A DNA stretch of 64,000 nucleotides from a virus. Location of the stretch: positions 9,025 through 73,024 of IMG/VR virus record IMGVR_UViG_3300045995_000345, one strand, 5' to 3'. Positions 55,844 to 64,000 of the stretch are shown here, piece by piece. A program made the translations under genes and the position numbers. Numbering within the stretch: position 1 is the first letter of the stretch; each line of letters begins with the position of its first letter. The notes under the pieces are model-generated. The model had not been told where the DNA came from, ran no database searches, and was given only the letters and a program-made list of their open reading frames with translations.

Positions 55844-56349
55844 ACAGATGCAGCCTGCACAGGGGCACGCTTGGCTGCCCACGATCCCAACGTTCTTTTT
55901 TCAGTGCTTGCACGCTCACACCCATAACCCAACTCACCGCGCCACGTCAACAACTTTGTTTATCGTAATCTTGAATAATCAGAAGTAATCCACCATAAGG
56001 CCAGGTACACTTTTGTAATGCCTTCAGATGCAGCTTCAGCTTCACCCTCAGACCCATCTCAGAACCCAATTCCCAGGAGCCAGAAAGTTTCGATGAGGGG
56101 TGTATTAATTACGCCGCGCCAGTTTGGCTTCCCACCCCTCCCCGCCATCCCTCGCCTTGGAACGTGTTAAACCCTTAGCACAAAGGGTTTACACAAGCGG
56201 CTCAAATGACGACCTAAAATATCGTCGTTTTGACCCCTCCTAGAAACTCACTTTCTAAGCGTGTTCTGCGTACTTGTGCGTCCATAACTCCTACGTAGAG
56301 ACAATTCCCCTGCAATTGCCGGTAGGGATTTGGAAACTTGGTTTCCAAG

Positions 56350-57056
56350 GGTGTGGTTTGCCGGTGTTGCAACCTTTTCCCCTCTTTGTGAGCGGCACAT
56401 CCAAAGCCCGGAACTGGATAGGGTGACTGGAAACCCGAACAAGGCCAGTGTTTGAAAAACATCCCATTGCCGGGTCATGGCCGGCACGGATCGAGTGCGA
56501 GTGGACTGCTAAAGTGTTCCACGCTTGCGAGTAAACCTTGCGAGTCAATGCTGGCGGGTCCGACTCCTTCGTCATGAAGGAGCGACTCTTAAGCCTGAAA
56601 GGGCGAAGCGGTTCAGTGCCGCGCCAAGCTAACCTAAACGCTGGCCTAAGGTCGCCAGTGGAGAAATGGGACGATTGACTCCGGGGATATACATTGCGGG
56701 ATAGAGTGTGGCGGTTCGATGAACTGGCGCGTAAAAGTGCGGTTTAAGGTCAACACTAGTGTTTGCTGTGTGCGTAATGGCACTCTGGCAAGCTAGTGCA
56801 ATGGCTACCGTTCACGGTACTAGTGCGGTGTATTATTCCCTACCGTGTTAAGCGTGGAAATCGTTCAAACCTACTCCCCTGAAAGCATAGATACAGGGCG
56901 AAACAACTTGATGCCGGGTTACGTACTGTGACCCGTTATGTCCGCTTGGTAATGTGAAGGCAAGCGGACGCGAGAGAAAGTCTTTTTGGGAACGCGGGAT
57001 TGGTATGTTCTACCGTTCCGCGTTCCCTTTGACTTTCGCATAGTGCGCTCTGGTTT
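56350..57056 (+). ncRNA. candidate large structured ncRNA
   Basis: No credible ORF; more than 10 consecutive hairpins with G-U pairs on the + strand. Confidence 0.55.
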
Positions 57057-57130
57057 TTGGAAAGCTACTTTCCAAATCCTAAACCACAACATACTTCAGA
57101 GCGTGCTACCACGAAAGGCAAAGTACTATC

Positions 57131-57541
57131 ATGAGCGAATCAACTACTACCATCGCATTGGCGCAAGCCAAGGCTGCATTCATTCTGGCGATCACTGGTT
57201 TCACTGGTGCCATGGTGACGGTTCTGGATGCGATGAATTCGGCGATTGCGTTGGCCAAAAAGGCTGGCGGCGACCGGAAGACGGTGAAGAGTTGGGCGAA
57301 GGATTTCTCGGTGTCCCGCCAATGGATCAACAGGATTCTGTCCATGCCGGAGAACTTCGGGCCGGACGCGAAACCTCGCGGCAAGAAAACCGCGAACAGT
57401 ACGGCTACGGCCAAGTCTCTGTGCAAGCGGGCATTGAAGGCTTGCAAGAATGACGCGGTGAAGGCGGCGGAGCTTCTCATGCAAGCGGCGGAGATGTCGG
57501 AAGCGGTGGCGGCCGAAGAGGATTCGGAAGGCGGGGAGTAA
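57131..57541 (+). CDS. HTH-like DNA-binding protein (candidate palindrome binder)
   Basis: TVKSWAKDFSVSRQWINRILS resembles an HTH; flanked by palindromes at 57058 and 57595. Confidence 0.6.
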   Translation: MSESTTTIALAQAKAAFILAITGFTGAMVTVLDAMNSAIALAKKAGGDRKTVKSWAKDFSVSRQWINRILSMPENFGPDAKPRGKKTANSTATAKSLCKRALKACKNDAVKAAELLMQAAEMSEAVAAEEDSEGGE

Positions 57542-57661
57542 TCCGCTTCACGGTTCTCTGGCAAGGCGACCTTGCGTAGCAGGGGGCGAGGGTTTGGAAA
57601 GTAGTTTCCAAAGCTCGCCCCTTGAAGCGTGCGGTCAAACATCAACGGAAAGGATTAGGCA

Positions 57662-57838
57662 ATGCGTATCGAATTCATGCTTGGGCGGTGGCTTTTCACT
57701 GCTCAGATTTTCCACCGTTACCAGTGCGGCGTGTGGATTGGGCGAGAGATCGGGGAAACGTGGAGTGGCTTGGCGTTCATTCCCGGCTTCATGAAACACC
57801 GGCGGAGTCCGTTCAAGCGGACTTGGATTTGCACGTAG
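57662..57838 (+). CDS. small hypothetical protein (58 aa)
   Basis: MRIEFMLGRWLFTAQIFHRYQCG...; AAAGGA upstream. Confidence 0.5.
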   Translation: MRIEFMLGRWLFTAQIFHRYQCGVWIGREIGETWSGLAFIPGFMKHRRSPFKRTWICT

Positions 57839-58078
57839 AGACCCCGCGGTTCCGCCCTTTGGATTTGGAAAGCGAGTTTCCAAAGGGCGGGCTCGTGCGG
57901 TCAAGAGGGGATCTTGCTTATTGCACAAGGCTGGATTAGCACGGCCGGGACATCGGCAGATGAGCTACCGGAGAACTACCACAACGAGAAGCGACCGTCT
58001 GCTGGCGGTCAAAGGGACGCTATGCGACCGGTGCAACGGAGCGGGCTGGCGTTCTGAGAGATGAAAGGGAAGGCTACC

Positions 58079-58237
58079 ATGTATCGAGTTGAGTACAGAG
58101 TGAACGGCGTGCTGTATCGCGCCGTGGTGCACGCGGCGAACGTGCATGACGTGATCGACAGGGAGTTGGCGCTTGTGCGCCACCTTGGGCGGTCTGGTGC
58201 GCGGAAGGCGTTCGTGAGCGCACGGAGGCTGGCGTGA
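58079..58237 (+). CDS. small hypothetical protein (52 aa)
   Basis: MYRVEYRVNGVLYRAVVHA...; GTGA overlap with the next gene. Confidence 0.55.
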   Translation: MYRVEYRVNGVLYRAVVHAANVHDVIDRELALVRHLGRSGARKAFVSARRLA

Positions 58238-58431
58238 ATACCTGCCGTCATTGTCTGGGCGCCAAGTGCATCCATTGCCAGCGTGAGGCTGGTGACCTGC
58301 CGCCGAACAGGGCGACAAGGCGCGCGGACAGGGCGCGGACAGAGCTTGCGAGCCTGCTCGGTCTGGACATTCCCGGTCGGGACGTCCGGGCGTCTGGTCC
58401 TGATCATGTCAGGAGCAGGCTGTTTGCGTAG
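58234..58431 (+). CDS. small Zn-finger protein
   Basis: CRHC...CIHC. Confidence 0.5.
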   Translation: MNTCRHCLGAKCIHCQREAGDLPPNRATRRADRARTELASLLGLDIPGRDVRASGPDHVRSRLFA

Positions 58432-58687
58432 GGGTTGCGCGTCGCCATGCGAAGTGTGAGCGCGTGGCGAGGCGCGGCTGCCATGCCGCGATTGAAGGGA
58501 AGGTGAGCAATATGTGGCGATAACAGAACCAGCGTGATTACGCCCCGCCCTAAGCTGGAACGTGCGATTATGAGGCGCGCGAAAAGCCGGCTTAGGGTGG
58601 TGACGTGGCCACAACCACGGCTTTGACATTTGGAAACTGACTTTCCAAAGTCTCAAGGCTCAACTCAACCAAGAAAGACAGAATACC

Positions 58688-59158
58688 ATGATCGTAGTGA
58701 CCCAGTACGAAGGCTTCGACCTTCTCAACCTGCCGAATCCCGATCCGAGTCTGAAAAAGGATGGCAACCCTCGGCGTCCGATTACCGCAGGCTGCAAGAA
58801 GATCCGCAACATCGTGAAGCACGGCGAGCTGGCCCGCGACTTCTACGATGACACCTTGGTGGATGCGGTGCTGTCGCATCCGGCTGAGGCTGCCGAATTC
58901 CTGGCGGCTTACGACAAGCCGAAAGAACCGAAGCCGGCCAAGGGCAGCAAGGGCACGCCCAAGGCCAAGGAAACGCCAGCCAAGGCATCGGAAGCGCCGT
59001 CTGGGGCTTCGGCTCGGTTTGTGCCGACGATCGCTCCTGCGGCGACGGTGGCGCCTGCGTTGGCCCCTCCCGTGAGTCTGCCGCCGGCTGGAACCTTCAC
59101 CGTGGCGGAACGGCTGGCTGCCCTGAAGGCCAAGTTGCAGGCTCGGGCGACGGTGTGA
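58688..59158 (+). CDS. hypothetical protein with a Lys/Ala/Pro-rich tail
   Basis: 156 aa, between two palindromes. Confidence 0.65.
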   Translation: MIVVTQYEGFDLLNLPNPDPSLKKDGNPRRPITAGCKKIRNIVKHGELARDFYDDTLVDAVLSHPAEAAEFLAAYDKPKEPKPAKGSKGTPKAKETPAKASEAPSGASARFVPTIAPAATVAPALAPPVSLPPAGTFTVAERLAALKAKLQARATV

Positions 59159-59197
59159 GGTTTGGAAACTCGCTTTCCAAAAAGACAAAACCACCAC

Positions 59198-59695
59198 ATG
59201 AAGAACAATAAATCACTGGCGCTGGTCAAAGCCGCGCCTGAAACGAAACCGCCGCTGACAAGGGCGGAGATCATCGAGGCCACGGCGAGGGCGATGTTCG
59301 TGGAGAACCAGAAGCACGTCGCTCACGTTGGCGAGATGCGCTCCGCCATCATCAAGCGGCGAGACGCCAAGATCATGGACTACGTTTGTGAGCGGCCGGA
59401 TCAGTTGCGCATGTCTAACGCCTGGAATGATGGTAAATTCTTAAAGGTTTCATTGGAGTTGTTCGTGGTTCCGCGCGTCGTCATCCAGTCCGAAGAGGAA
59501 GAGGAAGCGAAGCTGCCGGGTGTGTGTTTCAAGACCGTCGAAGACATCCGTAAGGAACTTCGCGCTGCCGATGCCCAGTGCCGTGACCGCGTGACCGAAC
59601 TGGTTAAGGACGAGGAGATTGCCAAGCGTCTGGTGAAGGCTGGCACGGATCTGCTCCGGGCTGCGCTGGCGAAGCAGCCATCGATCGAGGCTTGA
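59198..59695 (+). CDS. hypothetical protein
   Basis: ATG after an A/C-rich leader; between two palindromes. Confidence 0.65.
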   Translation: MKNNKSLALVKAAPETKPPLTRAEIIEATARAMFVENQKHVAHVGEMRSAIIKRRDAKIMDYVCERPDQLRMSNAWNDGKFLKVSLELFVVPRVVIQSEEEEEAKLPGVCFKTVEDIRKELRAADAQCRDRVTELVKDEEIAKRLVKAGTDLLRAALAKQPSIEA

Positions 59696-59802
59696 TAGTT
59701 TGGAAAGTGACTTTCCAAGCCGCTTGAGCACGGCTGGCCTGAGTGTGACAGGCCCGCCTGCTCAGTCGGTCAAACCACAACCAAGAGAAAGGCAGGACAG
59801 AT

Positions 59803-60051
59803 ATGCAGATGAATCAGCAGACCAAGAGCAAGGGCATGAAGAAGAGCACGGCCACGCCGGGCGAGCGCATCGGCCAGCGTTCGCGGAGTGATCGCAACAA
59901 GGCGCGGAGGATCAGTCGCAATCGCAGCATCGCACAGATCGCCAATTCGCCCGACTTCAAGGCGGACTCGATCTGGAAGCACGGCGTCGCCCCTCACTTG
60001 CCCGGCCAGAAGCGCCGGAACGCCCGGCGGAAGGCGCGGTGGCCAAAATGA
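59803..60051 (+). CDS. small basic protein
   Basis: Arg/Lys-rich; AGGA upstream. Confidence 0.5.
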   Translation: MQMNQQTKSKGMKKSTATPGERIGQRSRSDRNKARRISRNRSIAQIANSPDFKADSIWKHGVAPHLPGQKRRNARRKARWPK

Positions 60052-60141
60052 AGTCGGACGCGGCTGCCCGGCTGAATCAGCAGGCGCAACTGGCTGCCGG
60101 CATGGCGGCGAAAAGAATCTGGAAAGTGAGTTTCCAAACCT

Positions 60142-60423
60142 ATGCAATACCCCACACTGCACATGAACGGAACGGCGCCGCGCGATTTGTTTCGCGAATG
60201 CCGGACGGCAATGGATGGACTGAGCACTGCCCAAGAGGCGCTGGCTGCGATGACCGTGAACGGGCGGGATTACTACCCGCAAGGCGACGATGCCTTCACG
60301 AAGGCAAGGGCTGAACACGTCAAGCGACTGGACGCAATCCGGTGCATCCGTGAGGAGATCGAGAAGATCGCCATGCACATCATGGACAACACCCCGGCGA
60401 CAGGATCGCTGGCGCTGGAGTAG
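60142..60423 (+). CDS. hypothetical phage protein
   Basis: PTLHMNGT...NGRDYYPQG motif. Confidence 0.7.
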   Translation: MQYPTLHMNGTAPRDLFRECRTAMDGLSTAQEALAAMTVNGRDYYPQGDDAFTKARAEHVKRLDAIRCIREEIEKIAMHIMDNTPATGSLALE

Positions 60424-60435
60424 AAAGGACACAAC

Positions 60436-60759
60436 ATGAAGACACTGAAAGAAGCCATTGCGCTGGCGCACGATGGACCGATGTTCGTGGCTGAAAGCTG
60501 GGAAGGGTACAAATTCAACCTGAACGGTGGCGACGGCGACGCCATTGCTAAGTTCGATGATGAGGTGGACGCTCAACTGGCAGCTCACTGCATCAACGTT
60601 CTGCCTGAAGTGGTGGCGGCACTGGAGTCTTGCGCTGAACTCTTGGGAGAACTCGCGCGCACGTCGGCAAGCAACGATCAGGCCGATGCCATTGATGCCG
60701 TTAGCGTAGAGGTGCGAACAGTTCTCTCCAAAGCCAATCAGGTGGAGGTGCTGGCATGA
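60436..60759 (+). CDS. hypothetical protein
   Basis: AAGGA RBS; DAQLAAHCINVLPEVVAALE. Confidence 0.65.
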   Translation: MKTLKEAIALAHDGPMFVAESWEGYKFNLNGGDGDAIAKFDDEVDAQLAAHCINVLPEVVAALESCAELLGELARTSASNDQADAIDAVSVEVRTVLSKANQVEVLA

Positions 60760-60986
60760 GCGGCCCCGCATCCCCAGAGCAGATCATCCACTGCCTCAAG
60801 TCGGACATGGATGGCAACCTGCTGGCTGGTGCACGCTACGCCGAGAAGATCAGCCGTGGATTCATGCACAATCCATGGGCGCACCCGTCCGACTCGGTGA
60901 ACTACGCCGAGGCTGCCCGCCGCTTGCGAGTGGAGCATGAGGAGCGCGAAGCGGAGGACGCACATCGCAGAATGTTTCAAGACTGA
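60756..60986 (+). CDS. hypothetical protein
   Basis: GGAGG RBS and ATGA overlap. Confidence 0.6.
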   Translation: MSGPASPEQIIHCLKSDMDGNLLAGARYAEKISRGFMHNPWAHPSDSVNYAEAARRLRVEHEEREAEDAHRRMFQD

Positions 60987-61021
60987 ATGGAAACTCAGTT
61001 TCCAAAAACGAAAGGTAACCA

Positions 61022-61729
61022 ATGAGCACGAAGAAGAAAGTCACAAGCACAGTGAAGGTTCCGACTACAATGGAAAGTCTCGTAGCGCGAGTCGATGCGC
61101 TGCATCGCAAGCTGATAAGCGTGGACATCCCAATCAGCAATCCCGTTGTGCGTGCACTGAATGACAGGATAAGCGAGCTGGCGGAATCCATCGCGTCGTT
61201 TGAGAGTAGGGTTCTCTCCGGAGGGCGGGTGCGCCTCGAAGCTGTGGAGAAGCAACTCGCCGAACTGCAATCCACCGTCGCCAAGCGCATGGAGTATGGC
61301 AACGACGCGCTGCGAGCCATCGAAGCCAGATTGCGCACGCTGGAGGCCGCCGGCGTGGAGCTGAAGCCCGCCGTGCATCCGCCGAAGGAGAAGTCCATCG
61401 ATCCCGGCGAGGGTTGGCGGCTGCTTGAACCGGATGACATCGTGTTGGCTGCCGACGAGATCATGTGTGGCCCGGGGCGTGAGTGGTTACCAGTCGAGGG
61501 AAGCCTCGGCCATACCGTGCGGTCACTGCGTTCCTACGCTTACCGCCGCCGCATCACCCAGCCAAAGCGCGTGAGGTATGAGCTGGTGCAGGAGGGGGAT
61601 GTCATCCTCCACGGAGATGAATTCTGGAGCACCCACAAGAAGGCGTGGAGATTCGTTGATGGTGGCATTGGGTTGCCAGCGCATCCCGAAAGGAACACCA
61701 CCCCAATCCGCCGCCAGATCAAGGACTGA
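61022..61729 (+). CDS. coiled-coil protein with a duplicated C-terminal domain
   Basis: Two ~45 aa repeats (WRLLEPDDIV..DE..W..YRRRI and YELVQEGDVI..DE..W..IRRQI). Confidence 0.65.
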   Translation: MSTKKKVTSTVKVPTTMESLVARVDALHRKLISVDIPISNPVVRALNDRISELAESIASFESRVLSGGRVRLEAVEKQLAELQSTVAKRMEYGNDALRAIEARLRTLEAAGVELKPAVHPPKEKSIDPGEGWRLLEPDDIVLAADEIMCGPGREWLPVEGSLGHTVRSLRSYAYRRRITQPKRVRYELVQEGDVILHGDEFWSTHKKAWRFVDGGIGLPAHPERNTTPIRRQIKD

Positions 61730-61837
61730 CATGCTACTACTCACCGACCCACTCACCCGCTGGTTGATCAGCGCCTTCGCCTGTTCGTTCGTCGCGGCGC
61801 TGGTGTTCTTCTGGCAGGAGTGGAAGAAAGGAAAGCA

Positions 61838-62011
61838 ATGACAGCCGACGAATACCTGGATCAACTCAGGCATGAGCTTGAGAAGATGCTTGCCCTGATA
61901 AACTCAAGGGAACACGGACTGTCCTCTTGGAACGAGGCTGTGCGTGTTCAACTTGCAACCATCCACCGAATCACTGGCGTCGCCGGGATGGTGCATCCCA
62001 GTGATTCCTGA
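61838..62011 (+). CDS. small hypothetical protein
   Basis: AAGGAAAG leader and ATGA overlap. Confidence 0.5.
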   Translation: MTADEYLDQLRHELEKMLALINSREHGLSSWNEAVRVQLATIHRITGVAGMVHPSDS

Positions 62012-62021
62012 AAGGAAAGAA

Positions 62022-62273
62022 ATGAGCAAAGACATCCGAATGTGGAAGTCTGAGAAGAAGCGGTTCGTTCACCTCGCCTGCCGATCAATGGCGCAAGACA
62101 TCTGCAAGCACATCGATGAGGGCCGAGTGCCGGACGAGTGGGATGGCCATGAACTGCGATGCCTTATTGCCCACCGAGCAGAGCAGTGGGCTGCACCAAC
62201 CAAGATCATGCGTAATCCGAAGTGCGAGAGGGCAAAGGAGTTTCACAATACCATCACCATCACCACACTGTGA
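62022..62273 (+). CDS. hypothetical protein
   Basis: VPDEWDGHELR motif; AAGGA upstream. Confidence 0.6.
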   Translation: MSKDIRMWKSEKKRFVHLACRSMAQDICKHIDEGRVPDEWDGHELRCLIAHRAEQWAAPTKIMRNPKCERAKEFHNTITITTL

Positions 62274-62485
62274 ACCCCTCGCAACTCAAGCCGGGCGACC
62301 GCATCAAGTGGAGCCCGCCGGAAGGAGAATCGGAGGGTGCCGACCCGCCAAGCGAGGGGATTGTCACCCGCAAGCACGGCAGCTTCGCCGTCGCCATCGT
62401 CTGGGATGACGGCGCAAGCTGCGCAATTCCAATCGACTCCACCGCTTGGTGGCAACAAGTCGAATCGGTAAGACCTACAGCGTAG
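62270..62485 (+). CDS. small SH3-like beta protein
   Basis: LKPGDRIKW..G.V...IVWDDG; GTGA overlap. Confidence 0.5.
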   Translation: MNPSQLKPGDRIKWSPPEGESEGADPPSEGIVTRKHGSFAVAIVWDDGASCAIPIDSTAWWQQVESVRPTA

Positions 62486-62701
62486 AGCAACACAACCTTG
62501 CCCATGCGTTTCCCCCGGCTCCCCTCCGTGTTCGTTGTGGTCCACGTCGAGGCGTTCAATTGGGTGCGACTGTCCGTGTGGTAGCGGACAGCTTCACCCA
62601 GCCGGGGCGCATGGGCCTTTCACTCAGAGACCACACCAGTTTGGAAAGTCAGTTTCCAATTTCCAGTTACCGCACAGCAAACCACAAACAGAAAGACCAC
62701 C

Positions 62702-64000
62702 ATGACAGCGACAGAATTAAGTCCAGCAATCGCAGCGAGAACCAAGAAGCTGCGCGCCAAGGTTGAGTATCAGAAGCTCACGCAATCGTTGAGGGAGCTG
62801 GAGTCAACTCTCACCGATGATCAAAACGAGATGGCTGCGATCGTCTTGAGCCAGCTCTTGAGCATGACAGGCAGCGATCTGGGCACCATCAGCAAGGTGG
62901 TGTATGAATGCAAGGCAGAGCATGAGGATGCCGTGCCCGCCTTGTCCACCGTCAATCTCCTGGTGTCCGGCGGACGCTGGGACGAACTGGCGACGCTGGT
63001 TATCGGGCCGGCTGAATCGAAGCCCGAGCCCGCCAAACCCATGGATGGTGGCAATCCTTATCCGAAGCGCACTGCCAAGGCAAAGCCTGCCACCTCCGAA
63101 GCATCACCGCCCGAGATCAAGGATGACATGGTGCGGATGTTGGCCGGACAGATGGCCCCGCTCTGGGATCACCGCGTTCGTGTCGAGTCAGAGAACCTGC
63201 TCAGTAACATCGAGCCGATGATCAGTGAGCTGTCCAAGAAGCTGGATGATTCCATCGAGGGGATCACGTCCCGCATCCTCAAGACTCCGGCCGCTTCTAC
63301 GCTGGATCCCGAAGCCGTCAAGACCCTGGTCAAACACTGCCTGGCCAACGGTGAAGGCGAGGAGATCAAGAAGCTGGTCGCCAAGCAAGGGCCGGCCGTG
63401 TTCGCTGACATCCTGGAGAAAGCGGCAAGGGCAATCGCCAGCACCGCACCCGATGACGAAGCGAAGGCTGAACTCACGGCAACCTACGTCCCGAAGCCCG
63501 ACCCGTTCTATTCCTGGAGCGATGACTTGAAGGAAACGGCTGAACTGGTCAACGAGATCCGATCGAAGCCACCGGAGGGAGCGGTCAACATCCTGTTGGT
63601 TGGTCCAACGGGCGCGGGAAAAACTGAATTCTCATTCCAGCTTGCAGCCATGTTCAAGCTGCCGTGCATCAAGATGGACTGCCCAAATGTGCGTGAAGCG
63701 AGGGATTGGTTCGGAGTCAAGGGTGCCAGCGGTGGGCGCACCTACTTCCGCAAGTCGCAGTTCTGGCTGGCCGTTGAGGCTGGCAACTGCGTCATCATCC
63801 TGGACGAGTTCAACCGTGTGGCGGATCACATCCGAAATCCACTGATGGCATTGTTGGATCACACCCGGACGGCGCACGTCGAAGAGGCTGGTGTGCTGAA
63901 GGTTGGTCCGGGCACCGTGTTCGCCGCCACCATGAATGAGGGCCTGGATTATTCCGGCACGCACAGCACGGATCGGGCGATGAAGAACCGATTCTGTCGG
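62702..64000 (+). CDS. MoxR/CbbQ-type AAA+ ATPase (3'-truncated, absent from the ORF track)
   Basis: In frame from the ATG at 62702: VNILLVGPTGAGKT, VIILDEFNR and ATMNEG..YSGT..DRAMKNRF. Confidence 0.85.
   Translation, partial: MTATELSPAIAARTKKLRAKVEYQKLTQSLRELESTLTDDQNEMAAIVLSQLLSMTGSDLGTISKVVYECKAEHEDAVPALSTVNLLVSGGRWDELATLVIGPAESKPEPAKPMDGGNPYPKRTAKAKPATSEASPPEIKDDMVRMLAGQMAPLWDHRVRVESENLLSNIEPMISELSKKLDDSIEGITSRILKTPAASTLDPEAVKTLVKHCLANGEGEEIKKLVAKQGPAVFADILEKAARAIASTAPDDEAKAELTATYVPKPDPFYSWSDDLKETAELVNEIRSKPPEGAVNILLVGPTGAGKTEFSFQLAAMFKLPCIKMDCPNVREARDWFGVKGASGGRTYFRKSQFWLAVEAGNCVIILDEFNRVADHIRNPLMALLDHTRTAHVEEAGVLKVGPGTVFAATMNEGLDYSGTHSTDRAMKNRFCR

Larger units (their letters stand above)
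1895..62658. repeat. dispersed 17-bp palindrome TRGAAA-SYNRS-TTTCYA (at least 22 copies), operator-like
   Basis: Exact TRGAAA-N5-TTTCYA copies start at 1895, 7333, 8932, 11560, 16095, 22463, 24135, 24694, 31584, 37117, 43690, 53269, 56241, 56331, 57058, 57866, 58631, 59163, 59701, 60120, 60988 and 62642. Confidence 0.9.

Noticed and set aside
56350-57056. tRNA, tmRNA, RNase P or group I intron identity for the structured tract
   Set aside because: No T-loop/CCA cloverleaf, GAGGAAAGUCC or P7-type motifs were found by eye.
58560-58590. Second hammerhead (TTATGAG..GAAA)
   Set aside because: It lacks the CUGANGA core and compatible stems.
57594-59891. ORF-track entries starting MESSFQ, METDFP, METRFP and MESDFP
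   Set aside because: These are artefacts of the TTG inside the palindrome; the real starts lie downstream.
56241-62658. Palindrome series as a CRISPR array or integron attC sites
   Set aside because: Spacing is irregular and gene-sized, the repeats are only 17 bp with a variable centre, and there is no cas or integrase gene.
1-64000. Prophage boundaries or an alternative genetic code
   Set aside because: No att/integrase or host genes are present, and long ORFs are intact under the standard code with all three stop codons in use.

Overview
The window reads as most of the genome of an uncharacterised, GC-rich tailed dsDNA phage with a podovirus-like (P22/T7-style) virion gene order. No bacterial housekeeping genes, rRNA, tRNA, CRISPR array or integrase were seen. 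The minus-strand late region (about 1.9-42.6 kb) holds the portal, scaffold, major capsid, decoration proteins, an adaptor-phosphoesterase fusion, a glycosyltransferase/methyltransferase block, tail hub, two paralogous tail fibres, a GNAT, three ejection-type proteins (one of 3466 aa) and a lysis-like cassette. The terminase large subunit is inverted relative to this region. A plus-strand recombination/replication operon (RecT, DUF2800-like nuclease, DUF1376-like initiator with iterons, DnaB, SSB) spans 42.7-51.8 kb. A minus-strand operon with a PolX-like gene and a second initiator-like gene spans 51.7-55.7 kb. A plus-strand early region of small genes ends in a truncated MoxR/CbbQ-type AAA ATPase. 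The most notable signals are non-coding: (1) a 17-bp palindrome TRGAAA-N5-TTTCYA found at least 22 times across the genome; (2) a hammerhead ribozyme in the leader of the second initiator-like gene; (3) a ~700-nt highly structured candidate ncRNA bracketed by two of the palindromes; (4) two homologous, covarying C4/CI-like leader RNAs 45 kb apart. Protein family calls come from motif recognition by eye, not from database searches.
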